Shown: positions 22,612-33,419 of the stretch, piece after piece
How positions within the stretch are numbered: the stretch's first letter is position 1
Layout: each line of letters opens with the position of its first letter
DNA from: Alphaproteobacteria bacterium
Lineage (GTDB): Bacteria; Pseudomonadota; Alphaproteobacteria; MPNO01; UBA830
DNA length: 64,000 nucleotides
Assembly (NCBI GenBank): GCA_964291215.2
Contig: OZ219791.1
Location: 2,336,001-2,400,000, forward strand
Direction of reading: 5' to 3'
Notes under the pieces: generated by a model
Seen by the model: the letters and a program-made list of their open reading frames with translations, nothing else
Databases searched by the model: none
Told to the model about the DNA's origin: nothing
Program-made: the position numbers and the translations under genes

Positions 22612-23123
22612 AGGGATGGCAGCGATGCCGCCCGGCGATTTTCTTCGATCATACGCCAGGCGCGGCGTGCCCCCCCTTGCGTCCTCCTAGCTACTCAAGT
22701 ATATGATTCCATGCAGGAAATCCCCTACCGGTGCCGTTTGACATGGCCCAATTACAGGCCCAAATCGACTCCCGGGAACGTAGTGTTGCGGGAGGCGCGA
22801 GGGGATGTCGGACAGGGAACATCGCGGGATTGCCGTCATGCGCGGCGTGGCGGCAAACGACAATTCCGGTTCGGGGACCGGGGCAGGCGGCGGGGCCGAG
22901 GCGCAGATTGCTTCAGCCGTGGCGAGGCTGGCTTGGCTGATCGGCCGGCGCATCGCGTGCGAGGGATGGAAGATCGCGGGCGCGTACAAGGATTCGGCGA
23001 TCTCGGGCGACAGCATGATCTTGCGTCCCGGCATCCAAGCGCTGCTGGAGGATGCGCGGCGGGGGCTGTTCGAGATCCTGGTCGCGGAGGCGCTCGACCG
23101 GGTGAGCCGCGACCAGGCCGACG

Positions 23124-23580
23124 GGGTGCAGTTCTCGTATGACGAACGCCCGTTTCAGGACAGGATTTTGTCACGACCCCCGCGGCATCGACAGGGTGAT
23201 CCGGGCGCTGCGCCACCTTCGCGGCGCCAACGGGCCGACATCGACAGGGAACTGTCCTTCTTCCGCAAGCATCGCCACCGAATGCGCTACCACGCGCTGA
23301 AGCAACAGGGGATTTGCTCGGGAATTGTCGAGGCGGCAAACAAGATCCTTGTCACACAGCGCATGAAACGCTCCGGGATGCGCTGGCGTATCGTCGGCGG
23401 ACAATCACCTTCCGCGCCCTGCTCGAAGCCGGCCGCTTCGAGAGCGCGTGGACGGCCATGATCGGTGCAGACGACGCACCAGCCAACGACAACATCAGCC
23501 CAAATCACACCCCGGCACCGGCCGCATGAGATGAACAAATGGTACTGAGCCTGCAACTGTGCCATACGAAACTCTCACCC
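23124..23580 (+). mobile_element. Internally deleted ISKra4-like element (457 bp, MITE-like)
   Basis: TIRs GGGTGCAGTTCTCGTATG / CATACGAAACTCTCACCC; 8-bp TSD GGCCGACG/GGCCGATG; RMRY...SGIVEAANK...QRMKRSGMRW fragment. Confidence 0.8.
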
Positions 23581-24766
23581 GGCCGATGTGGCGACGCTCT
23601 ACAAGCACCTGCGCTTCGCCGGGGTAATGATCGTTACCCTGTCGGAAGGCGAAATCGACGAGCTCCATGTCGGGCTCAAGGGGACGATGAACGCGCTGTT
23701 TCTGAAGGACCTCGCGGCGAAGACGCACCGGGGCCTCAGGGGCCGGGTCGAGCAGGGCCGCTCCGGCGGCGGGCTCTGCTACGGCTACGATGTGGTGAAG
23801 GCGGTCGACGGAACCGGCGATCCGGTGCGCGGCGAACGCACGATCAACGAGGCCGAAGCCGGAATCGTGCGCCGGGTGTTCCGGGAGTTCGCCGCCGGCG
23901 CGAGCCCTCGCGCGATCGCGCGGCGGCTGAACGGGGAGAACATCCGCGGCCCCTCGGGCAGGCTCTGGACCGATTCCACCATCCGCGGCCACGCGAAGCG
24001 GGGCACCGGCCTGATCAACAACGAACTCTATATTGGTCGGCTGGTGTGGAATCGGCTGCGCTACGTCAAGAACCCGGAGACCGGCAAGCGGGTCTCGCGG
24101 ATCAACCCGCCTGAGTAATGGATCGTCGCGGAGGTTCCGGAGCTCTGTATCGTCGACAACGATCTCTGGCAGGCGGTCAAGCATCGCCAGGGTGAGATCG
24201 CGGAGCAATACGCCACCGTCATCGAGGCCACGCAGAGCGCACGCGCCAACCGGCTGAACGGTGCCCACCGCCCCCGGGGCTGCTTGAGTGCGGCGTCTGT
24301 GGCGGTCCCTATTCCATGCGCGGCCAGGACCGCTACGGCTGCTCGAACCACATCATGGCCGGGACCTGCTCGAACGGCCGGGGCATCCGCCGCGCGGTCA
24401 TCGAGGACGGTGGCTATGTCCGGGGCATGGTGGACCGGCTGCGCGAACTGGAAGCGCGCCAGGACACGCTCAACGAGCGGCTCTCGGCCGCGCCCGCCGA
24501 CCTACCGGACATCCACCCCAACATCGCGGACATCTACCGGCGCAAGGTGGCGCGCCTCGCCGAGGCGCTGAACCACCCCGAAGATCGCGACGCGGCGGCG
24601 TCCGCCATTCGGGGGTTGATCGCGCGTATCGTGCTCACCCCAAGCGAGAAATGGGCCGAGATGGACGCCGTGCTGCACGGCGATCTCGGATCCATCCTCG
24701 AATGGGCAGGAAACGGGGGCGAAAAGGCAAAGACCGACATCTCCATGCCGGAGATGTCGGTCTTGG

Positions 24767-24787
24767 TGGTTGCGGGGGCCCGCAACC
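24767..24787. other. att-like site resembling the tRNA-fMet 3' end, at the recombinase C-terminus
   Basis: TGGTTGCGGGGGCCCGCAACC; reverse complement GCCCCCGCAACCA matches the initiator-tRNA 3' end; preceded by a 14-bp hairpin at 24731-24763. Confidence 0.6.
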
Positions 24788-24816
24788 TCTTTTGTTATAA
24801 CTTGGAGACGTTTTCG

Positions 24817-25083
24817 GCCCCACTTCCAGTCTGAAGTGCAACACCCGGCCCTCATCGCAGTGAGGGCGTAGCCCGAACGGAGATGAGGGCCGGGTGTTGC
24901 ACAAGTTTTCCCCCTCTGCCCCTCTCGATTCCGCCTGGGAACAGCTTCAGTTCCTTCAACATCGAGCTTATGCAACGCCTTTGTCGGCTTCAAGCCACTA
25001 TTCCGCCGTCGCGCGGCATGGACCCTGCTGCACGTTGCGGCTTTGGAACATGGCGCAAATGGTCAGCGCGGTTTCACTTCAAA
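24817..25083 (-). mobile_element. IS30-family right-end fragment with a 21-bp stem
   Basis: Matches 33420-33462 plus 35056-35263; GTGCAACACCCGGCCCTCATC...GATGAGGGCCGGGTGTTGCAC. Confidence 0.65.
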
Positions 25084-25087
25084 GATT

Positions 25088-27569
25088 GGTACTGTAACTT
25101 GATGTCTGGAAATTTGTCTGAGGTTTGCGCTTTGAGGCGTTTCACTGGGGGGCTAGTAGTCCACCGGCATTGTATTGATGGTTTTTTTGTGGGTAATATT
25201 TTCGTGTCGGCGTTCGTTGGAATCTGGACAGTGCCGATATCCACACGGGCAAGATGCCGAACAGGCAGGCAGCCGCAGCCCCATGTGCAGGTCCGGACAA
25301 CGGGAGCGGCGCAATGACAGGAGCAACGTATATGGCCAACTCTCGGGGCAGGAAGCTCTACCGCGTGACCCTTTCGGCGCAGGAGCGCCGGGATCTGAAG
25401 GCGATCGGGCACCGGGGCTGCCTGGCGCCGGGCACAAATCCTGATGCTGAGGGGGCGCTTGTCGATGCCGACATTGCGCAAGGGCTGGGCATCGGCACGG
25501 CGACGGTCGAGCGTTTGCGCAAGCGCTGCGTCCTGGAGGGGCTGGACGCCGCCCTCAGCCGCAAGGAGCAGGTGAACCGTCGGCCGAAACGGGGCGATGG
25601 AGGCGAAGTTGGTCGCCCTGTTCGTCCCCGCCCGAGGGCTGTGGACGCTGAAGCTGCTCGCCGGCCGTCTGGTGGAGATGGAAATCGTCGAGCGCATTTC
25701 GGAAGAAACGGTCAGGAAGACGCTAAAAAAAGAGATCAAGCCGTGGCTGAAGCAGTACTGGTGCATTCCACCGCACCGGAGCGCACAGTTCGTGGCGGCA
25801 GATGTGCTTGACATTTATCAGCGGGACTTTGCCAAGGACGAGGTGCTGAGACCAGCCGGCAGCAGACGAAGGAAACCCGCATCCCCCGTCCTCCGGTCAG
25901 CCGGAGGTGGTCGACTATGAATATGAGCGCAACGGCACGGCCAACCTCTTCATGGCCTTTGCGCCCAACGAGAACTGGCGCACGGTGAAAGTCACCGATC
26001 GCCGCGGGACCGGGCACACTTCATCCGGGAGCTTGCCGACGACCATTTCCCCGACAGGAAGATCGTGCTGGACAATCTGAACACGCACAGTCGCTGTATG
26101 AAGCCTTCGAGCCCGAGGAGGCGAGGCGGGTGCGAAAGCGGTTCGAGTTTCGCTATACGCCGAAGCACGGAAGCTGGCTCAACATGGCCGAGATCGGTGC
26201 GCTGTCGCGGCAGTGCCTTCGGCGACGCATTCCCGACCGCGACACCATGCTGCGGGAGACGGCGGCGTGGGTGGAACGGCGCAATGCGGCCGATGTCACT
26301 GTCGACTGGCGTTTCACGACGAAGGATACCCGAACGAAACTGAAGTCTCTATATCCGTCAATCCAATAATGCCAGACTACTAGCCCCCCAGTGAAACGCG
26401 GCGCCATCGTGCTATCCCATGGAGTTGTAAAACCTTCATGGAGGAAGCGAATAGACCTGCGACACACTACGACGATTGAGGCCGTTTTGGAATATCTGAT
26501 CGCAAACGGAGCAACGGATCTGGGGCGGGTCTTTGGCCAGCTCTTCGAGCTTGCGATGCAAATCGAGCGCGAGCAGCACTTGAAAGCGGGCCACCGGACG
26601 CCGGAGCGACAGGGCTATGCCAACGGCTACAAGCGGATCGACACCCCCACTGTTACCGTTCAGGTGCCAAACGGTCACGGGGACGACCCGTCCCCAGTCG
26701 CTTGAACGCGGCCAGCGATCTTCTCGCGCCGTAGCCGAGATGTACATCAAGGGTGTTTCCACACGGCAGGATGTAATGCGCGAGTTCGGGAGCCTGTCCT
26801 CTTCTCAGGTCAGCCGGGCCACCAGGTTGCTCGATGAAGAACTCACCGCCTGGCGCAACCGGCCCCTGATGAAATACCTGATCCTGGATGCGCGCTACGA
26901 AAAAGCCCGCCATGACGGCGTTGTGCGCGATGTCGCAGTGCTCTCGGCCATCGGAATAGGGGCTGCAGGCACGTTCTGGGGCTTTCTGTGGCGCTCTCCG
27001 AGGCCGAGGTCCATTGGAGAGCCTTCCTGGAAAGCTTGCTAGCCCTGCATGGTACGACCTTCATCGTCTCGGATGCCGGGCTGAAAGCGGCACGACGCGC
27101 GGTGCTGGGCGCGGCGACGTGGCAGCGCTGCCAGTTCCACCTGGCACAAAACGCCGTGCACCGAACAACGACATCAGGAAACGTATTGGAAAACAGCTCG
27201 GAGCCACGCCTCCTCACCCCAAACCGCCGAGGCCGAACTGGGCGCCCTCGTGGCCAGCTATCGCGACAAGCATCCAGGCTTCCTGGCTGGAAAAGAATGC
27301 GGGGCTCGCTGTCTTCACCTTGCCCGATGCTCACCACAAGCGTATGCGAACCTCGAACGGCATCGAGCGACCGATCCAGCAAGAGCTCAAGCGGCGCACC
27401 TCCAAAGTCAGGGTCTTTCCGAACCTCGCCTCGTTGGAGCGCCTCTCAACCGCGGTCCTTGTCGAGATCGACGAAAAATGGGAAACCGAAACCAAGGCAT
27501 ACATCAAATGGGAACAGCTCGATGACTGAGAGCTTCACGACAATTTCCAGACATCAGGTTGCGTAATCT
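25088..27569 (+). mobile_element. Degenerate IS256-family element, copy 1 (carries a nested IS630)
   Basis: EMYIKGVSTR, YLILDARYEK, WQRCQFH, MRTSNGIER...KRRTSKVRVFPN; TIRs with core TGATGTCTGGAAATT; no matching TSD. Confidence 0.88.
25156..26380 (+). mobile_element. Degenerate IS630-family element
   Basis: WTLKLLA, DYEYERNGTANLF, LDNLNTH, YTPKHGSWLNMAEI, KLKSLYPS; TIRs GTAGTC...GACTAC; TA duplication. Confidence 0.88.
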
Positions 27570-27919
27570 GACGAGGACGCGGATCACGGCCTCTTCCGCC
27601 ACCTTGCCGGCAGCGCCGCGGTCTTGGCCGCTTCGAACTCCTCGCGCGCCGCGTTGACCGTCGCCATCACCCGGCCTTGCGCTTCATCAGCGCGCCGCTT
27701 CCGAGATGCGTTTCCACATACAGATCATGCGGAGGCTGGAGCCCCGGAAGCAGCTGGCACAGCCCGCTCGTCGCCTTCGATCCAAAGTAGCCCACTGGCG
27801 ATCCTCGTCGTTCTCGATGACCACCACTAAACGAATCGGCCTGCAGTGTCAAATCTCCACGAAAACCCGTTCGTTGCTCTACCCCGACATCAAGCCGGAA
27901 CCAGGGGGTGAGCAGTTAC
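27570..27919 (-). mobile_element. IS66-family left-end fragment (copy of 39708-40050), truncated by IS256
   Basis: GTAACTGCTCACCCC end; same GYFGSKATSGLCQ... ORF as in the full copy. Confidence 0.8.
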
Positions 27920-27989
27920 AAAGCCGCCAAGATTCTGGTTTGGACGAAGGCTGCTTCGCGGCCATGGGTGCTTGTGATCGAGCACTGTG

Positions 27990-30230
27990 CTGAGCGATCG
28001 ATGTGAGTGGTTGTGTTGAGAGATCGACGTTCCTGATGTTTCAATGATCTGATCGAGGCACCACACTTCCTGGTCTCCCGACTGTTCGGGAGGACCATCA
28101 ACCAGGGAGTGAGAGGCAAAGGAAGTTTCGCCTCTGCGCCAGAAGACGATCGAGACGATGAAGGGTCTGTCGCACGCAGGAGAACTATCTGCGTGAGATT
28201 ACGATGTTCGACCTCCATACCGGACATCAGCTGGAGAGTCAGACGGGCGAGGCCTGGATCCTGGAGCGGAGGGTCTGGCGCCGCGCACGACCAACGTCAC
28301 GGCGATCCGCCTGTTCTATGATAGTGTGCTCGGTCAGCCCGAGAAGGTCCTGCGTTGCCGCCGGGTTCCCGACCGCCTGCCGCGGACGATCCCGGAAGAG
28401 GATGTCGAGCACCTGATCCAGGCGATCACCGACGTACGCACGGCAACCGTTGTTGCCTACGGCGCTGCGCATCTCGGAAGTGGTGTCGCTGCAGGTCACG
28501 GACATCCGCCGTGAGCAAGGTCTCCTGCACATCCGCGAGGGCAAGGGCCACCACGAGCGCATGCCTGCCGTGCTCAAGGAACTGGAGCGCTACTGGAACT
28601 GGCCACGTCCCCAAAGCTGGCTCTTCTACAGCCACACGCCCGATACGCCGATCACCGTGAAAGGACTGCAGGCCGCCTTTCGAAGGACCAGGTCGGCCTC
28701 GATCACGGGGTCACCTTTCACAGTCTGCGGCACGCAACACATCTTCTCGAAAGAGGTGCGCCGCAGAGTGTCGTGCAGGATGTCCTGGGACACAAGTCCC
28801 CGGAGACAACAAGGGCCCGCACCACGGATGTTCCGCAACCACCCGGTGGAGGGGTTCCTGGCCGCCCCTTGACCCGTCCCCGGCGTGGCGGACATCATTC
28901 GCCACGCCCGGCTTCCGCGTCACCCACGCCGGACGCGCGCTCTCGTGCGAGGTGCTTGACCGCATCGCATCCTGTCTCGGCGGTCACCTCTACCAGTGCA
29001 CCCGCGCTTCCATGTCGCCTGGCACTCACCGTCACTGCCCCCAGGGCGCCGCGGCGCAGGCGGCGCGGCAGGCAGACCAGGTCCTGCCCTACTTCCACAT
29101 CGTCTTCACCCTGCCCAGATCGCCTTCCAGAACCGAAAGACTGCGTTCGACATCCTGTTCCGTTGTGCCGCCGACACCCTCAAGACCATCAGCGCCGACC
29201 CCCGACGCTTCGCCGCTCACGTCGGCGGCACCGCCGTGCTCCATACCTGGAACCAGAAGATGGAGTAGCATCCCCACCTCCACTGCCTCGTTCCCAACGG
29301 CGGCTTCGATATCAACTCCGGAGCGTGGAAGGCGGGGTCCTCCCACTTCTTCGCACCAGTCCTCGCATGCTTCTTCCGCAACCGCTTCCTCGAAGAACTG
29401 GCCAAGCTCACCTTCCACGGCTCCATCGCCGACCGCAAGACCTTCGAGAAGGTGAAGCACGCACGATCGCCTGGAACGTCTACGCGGCCCTTCAACGGAC
29501 CCAAGGCCGTCATCCGATACCTCTCCCGATACACCCTCGCCATCTCCGACGCCCGCATCATCGCCTTCGACGGCTCAACCGTCACCATGCGTCACCGCAA
29601 GCCCGCCGAGAAGCCCACCTACGGCGCCATGCAACTCTCCGCCGACGCCTTCATCAGACGCTTCCTCCTGCATCGCCTGCCCAAAGGACTGCACCGCATC
29701 CGGCACTTCGGCATCCTCGCCAACGGAGCCAAGACCCTCGACGCCGTGCGCTCGCTCATCAGCCCGACACCACCGACGACGACACTACCACCGACACCAG
29801 GGTCTGCACCCACTGCGGCGCCCCCTTGCGGCTCGTTCTCGACTTCGGACGCAAGAGCCTCTCCCCCGAAAAACGCGCCCTTCTCGACGCCCTGCTCCGC
29901 CAACGCGGGCCTCCAACACCACAGCCGCCGCCATGACCGCACCGACATCCCCGCAGCACAAACGGTGGGCGTACCGCCGCTCTGTGTCCTCATGACAGCA
30001 GACTGTCGTCCACAGCCCTCCAGAACCCCATGCCAGGGTGACCGCACGCATCCCGCAGGCCCCTTCGTCACAGGCCGAACATCACGCCCCGACGTCGGAC
30101 AACACGCATCCTCGCGCGTCCGTAAACAACACCTCCTTCACACTTTCTGCATGTCGACACCGGGGCGGCGCGGCCTTCGTCCAAACCCGCTTAGTGACGG
30201 CGCTCCGGCCGTCACTAACCAGAATCTTTC
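27990..30230 (+). mobile_element. Degenerate IS91-family element: tyrosine integrase pseudogene plus HUH transposase pseudogene (ends approximate)
   Basis: LRISEVVSLQVTDI...IREGKG...LGHKSPETT; HIVFTLP, LHTW...HPHLHCLVPNGG, YLSRYT, FIRRFLLH.LPKG...IRHFG. Confidence 0.8.
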
Positions 30231-30288
30231 GGCGTTCATACCGTTCTTAAAGGAGAACAAGTCGCAAGGTTCTTCTCGGTCCAGTCGT

Positions 30289-31311
30289 TCATTCCTCGCC
30301 CCCCTTCTTCCCCTCAAGCTCTTTGGCTATCTGTTCAAGAGCAGCGATATCTTCTTCATCGGCCCGTAACGCCTCTGCCTGCTTCCGCTTGGCATCGAAT
30401 GCTTCGTACCGCTCAGCGGCAAGGTTTTGCGCCACTTCCATTTTGATCTTGCCTGCATGGCTGAGCAGGTCGCGTTCGTTGAAGGACAGGAAGGCGTCGA
30501 GCTTGTCCGCCCACTGCGCCATGGTTACGGGCGAGCGGCGCTTGGCCTGATCCTCCGCATAGTCGAGATACATGGTGACGATGCGGTTCAGCTCTTCGAC
30601 TTCCTCCGCATTCAGGTAGTTTTTCGCCGTGCCGACATCCCCCTTGCGCACGATCGACCCTTTCCAGGACATGACGCCCATGTTCGGCTTGTCCGCGTCG
30701 GCGCGCGCGGCGATCAGCTCCGCCGCCGTATGACCGGTGACGGCCCAAAGCATCTTGTTCTGCACCTTTTTGAAAAACACCTGCGCCGCTTCGGCCTTGG
30801 AGTCGTAATCGACGGCCGTCGCGTAGAGGTCTTTGACCTTTTGGTAAAATCGCTTTTCCGATGCGCGGATGTCGCGGATGCGGGCCAGCCATTCGTCGAA
30901 ATAGTCCCAACGCTCGGCCTGTTTCAGCCGCGCGTCGTCCATGGCAAAACCCTTGACGAGATACTCCTTGAGAACGGTATTTGCCCAACGGCGAAACTGG
31001 ACACCGCGCGGCGACCGCACACGGTAGCCGATGGCGAGGATCGCGTCGAGATTATAGATCTTGGTATTGTAACGCTTTCCGTCCGAGGCAGTTGTCAAGG
31101 ATTCCTTGACAACTGTGCCTTCCTCCAACTCATTGTCTTCGAATATGTTTTTGAGATGCAGGCTGACGTTCTGCTTGGACGTGTCGAAAAGCTCAGCCAG
31201 TTCCATCTGTGAAAGCCACACCGTTCCACCGATGGCGCGCAAACCGATCTCGGCCTTGCCGTCTTCGGTCTGGTAGAGGATCATCTCGCCTTTCCGGGGA
31301 TCGATGCTCAT
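30289..31311 (-). CDS. RhuM-family (virulence RhuM) protein
   Basis: TVWLSQMELAELF, YNLDAILAIGYRVRSPRGVQFRRWA, RIRDIRASEKRFYQK, AKNYLNAEE. Confidence 0.88.
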   Translation of the reverse strand: MSIDPRKGEMILYQTEDGKAEIGLRAIGGTVWLSQMELAELFDTSKQNVSLHLKNIFEDNELEEGTVVKESLTTASDGKRYNTKIYNLDAILAIGYRVRSPRGVQFRRWANTVLKEYLVKGFAMDDARLKQAERWDYFDEWLARIRDIRASEKRFYQKVKDLYATAVDYDSKAEAAQVFFKKVQNKMLWAVTGHTAAELIAARADADKPNMGVMSWKGSIVRKGDVGTAKNYLNAEEVEELNRIVTMYLDYAEDQAKRRSPVTMAQWADKLDAFLSFNERDLLSHAGKIKMEVAQNLAAERYEAFDAKRKQAEALRADEEDIAALEQIAKELEGKKGGEE

Positions 31312-32821
31312 ACGGCATACCCCAGTTCTTTGAGGTAGCCGACCATCTTCTCTTCCAGGTTGGCCAGTTCGGCCTTTAGCTTTTGGCGCTCGACACGCAC
31401 CGCCATCAGGTCAATCTCTTCTTCCTCCTCGAACGTATCCACATAGCGGGGGATGTTGAGATTGAAATCGTTCTCCTTGAGTTCCTGCGGGGTCGCGAGA
31501 TAGGCGTATTTATCGACACTCTTGCGCGCCTGATATGTCTCAATAATCTTCTTGATGTTCTCATCTGAAAGCTGGTTCTGGTTTTTCCCAGACAGGAACT
31601 CGCGGGCAGCGTCGATGAAGAGAATGTTCTTATCCGCCTTGTTCCGACGGAGCATCAGAATGGCGGCCGGGATGCCGATCCCGTAAAAAAGCTTCTCCGG
31701 CAATCCGATCACCGCGTCGATCAGGTTCTCCTCAACCAGCTTCTGACGGATTTTTCCCTCCGCCGCGCCACGGAACAGAACGCCGTGCGGCGCAACAACC
31801 GCCATGCGTCCGGTCTTTGGTTTCATCGTTTCGACCATGTGCAGGACGAAGGCGTAATCGCCTTTGGTTTTTGGCGGAATGCCGCGACGGAACCGACCGA
31901 ATTTGTCACCTTCCGCCTTCTCATGGCCCCATTTTTCAAGGCTGAACGGCGGATTGGCGACCACTACGTCGAAATGCTTAAGGGTATCTTCGCTACCCAG
32001 CAGCTTGGGGTTGCGGATGGTGTCGCCCCATTCGATGCGGTGATTATCCTCGCCGTGCAGGAACATGTTCATCTTGGCGAGCGCCCAGGTGCTGCCAATC
32101 GCCTCCTGCCCATACAGGGCATATTTGCGGGAGCCGTTGTGCTTCGCCTGAACCTGGCGCCCGCATTTCATGAGCAGCGAGCCGGACCCGCAGGTGGGGT
32201 CGCAAATCTCGTAACCTTCTTCCGGCGCGACAAGCTCGACCATCAACTCGGAAATTTCTGGCGGAGTGTAGAATTCACCGGCCTTCTTGCCGCTCGTCGC
32301 CGCAAAATTCTTGATCAGATACTCATAAGCATTGCCGATGATATCAAGCTTACCGATCCGGCTCGGGCGCAGGTTTAGGTCAGCCTTGTTAAAGTCCTCC
32401 AGCACATGCCGCAGAATGTCGTTTTTCTGCGCCTCGTCACCTAGGCGCGTGCTGTTGAAAGTAATGTCCTGAAAAACATCCCGAAGCTTATGAATATTCG
32501 TCTCTTCGATGGCATGCAGCGCTTTGTCGATGCGTTCGCCATTCCCTGCCTCGAAACGGCGCCCATGCAGGGCGTAGAAACTGGCGTCCTTGGGAAGAAC
32601 GAAACGCTCGTTCTTCAGGAGTTCCTCAATGAGTTCCGGATGATCGCCATGCTCCCTCTTGTACTGATCGTAATGATCCTGCCAGACATCCGAAATGTAT
32701 TTCAGGAACAGCATGGTCAGGACATAATCCTTATAGATGCTCGGGTCGACGACGCCCCGGAAGCTGTCACACGCCTCCCAAACAGCCTGATTGATTTCCC
32801 CTGGTCAATGCGATCATTCAT
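31308..32821 (-). pseudogene. hsdM: Type I R-M methyltransferase subunit with a -1 frameshift near codon 8
   Basis: AGEFYTP, DPTCGSGSLL, VVANPPFS, PHGVLFRG; N-terminal MNDRIDQ and EINQAVWEACDSFRG are in different frames across a G4 run (32798-32801). Confidence 0.85.
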
Positions 32822-32825
32822 TGGA

Positions 32826-33413
32826 TCAGCCCTTCAGTGAGTCGCCTAGCGCAATACCAGCCAAGGACCGCATCTGGCGATTTCGATTTTCAATTAATTC
32901 AAGAAGCAGATGCCTTTCACGCATAGCCGCGCCATTGAACGCGACGATGGTTCTCTGCTCTTCGAGCGGCGGCATGACGATTGGCAAGTCTTCCAGTACC
33001 TGGCGCCGGATGCTGGTGATATAGGAACCCGTCGCAGAGGTGGACAGATAGCGCTGTATCGGCTCCTGATTGATCTGCCAAGCCACGAAAGCCGGCAGCA
33101 ACTTGCCGACATCCTCCACCCGTATAAGAAAGAAATGCGGAGAACAGACCGCTTGACCAGGAACCACCCCAACCAACGCCGCGACATTTCTGTTTCCACG
33201 CGCGGAAAACAAAATATCGCCCTGCCCCAACCAATCCGGTTTGCGGCGCCCCGTGAGTTGCGTGCGGGAAACGCTTGGCCAGTCGATACCCATATCGGCA
33301 TCAATGTTACGGATTTGCACAACCGCCACATCGCCCTCGGGCGCATCTTCGATGCTGCCCCTGAAGGGGTAACCGGCACCAATGCCCGCCACATCCGCCA
33401 AACATACCCTCAT
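32826..33413 (-). CDS. HsdS-like single-TRD specificity subunit
   Basis: GYPFRG...GDILFSARG...LEDLPIVMPPLEEQRTIV; directly upstream of hsdM. Confidence 0.8.
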   Translation of the reverse strand: MRVCLADVAGIGAGYPFRGSIEDAPEGDVAVVQIRNIDADMGIDWPSVSRTQLTGRRKPDWLGQGDILFSARGNRNVAALVGVVPGQAVCSPHFFLIRVEDVGKLLPAFVAWQINQEPIQRYLSTSATGSYITSIRRQVLEDLPIVMPPLEEQRTIVAFNGAAMRERHLLLELIENRNRQMRSLAGIALGDSLKG

Positions 33414-33419
33414 ATTGTA

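Larger units (their letters stand above)
22900..24834 (+). pseudogene. Large serine recombinase, broken by IS insertion, a stop at ~24116 and internal deletions
   Basis: YKDSAISG...RPGIQALL...EALDRVSRDQAD|VATLYK...LKGTMNALFLKDLAAKTHRG, NNELYIGRLVWNR, CGVCG zinc ribbon. Confidence 0.85.

Noticed and set aside
24883-25317. ORFs MRAGCC... (also within 34321-35637) as real genes
   Set aside because: They cross IS30/IS256/IS630 junctions and derive from repeated IS end sequence
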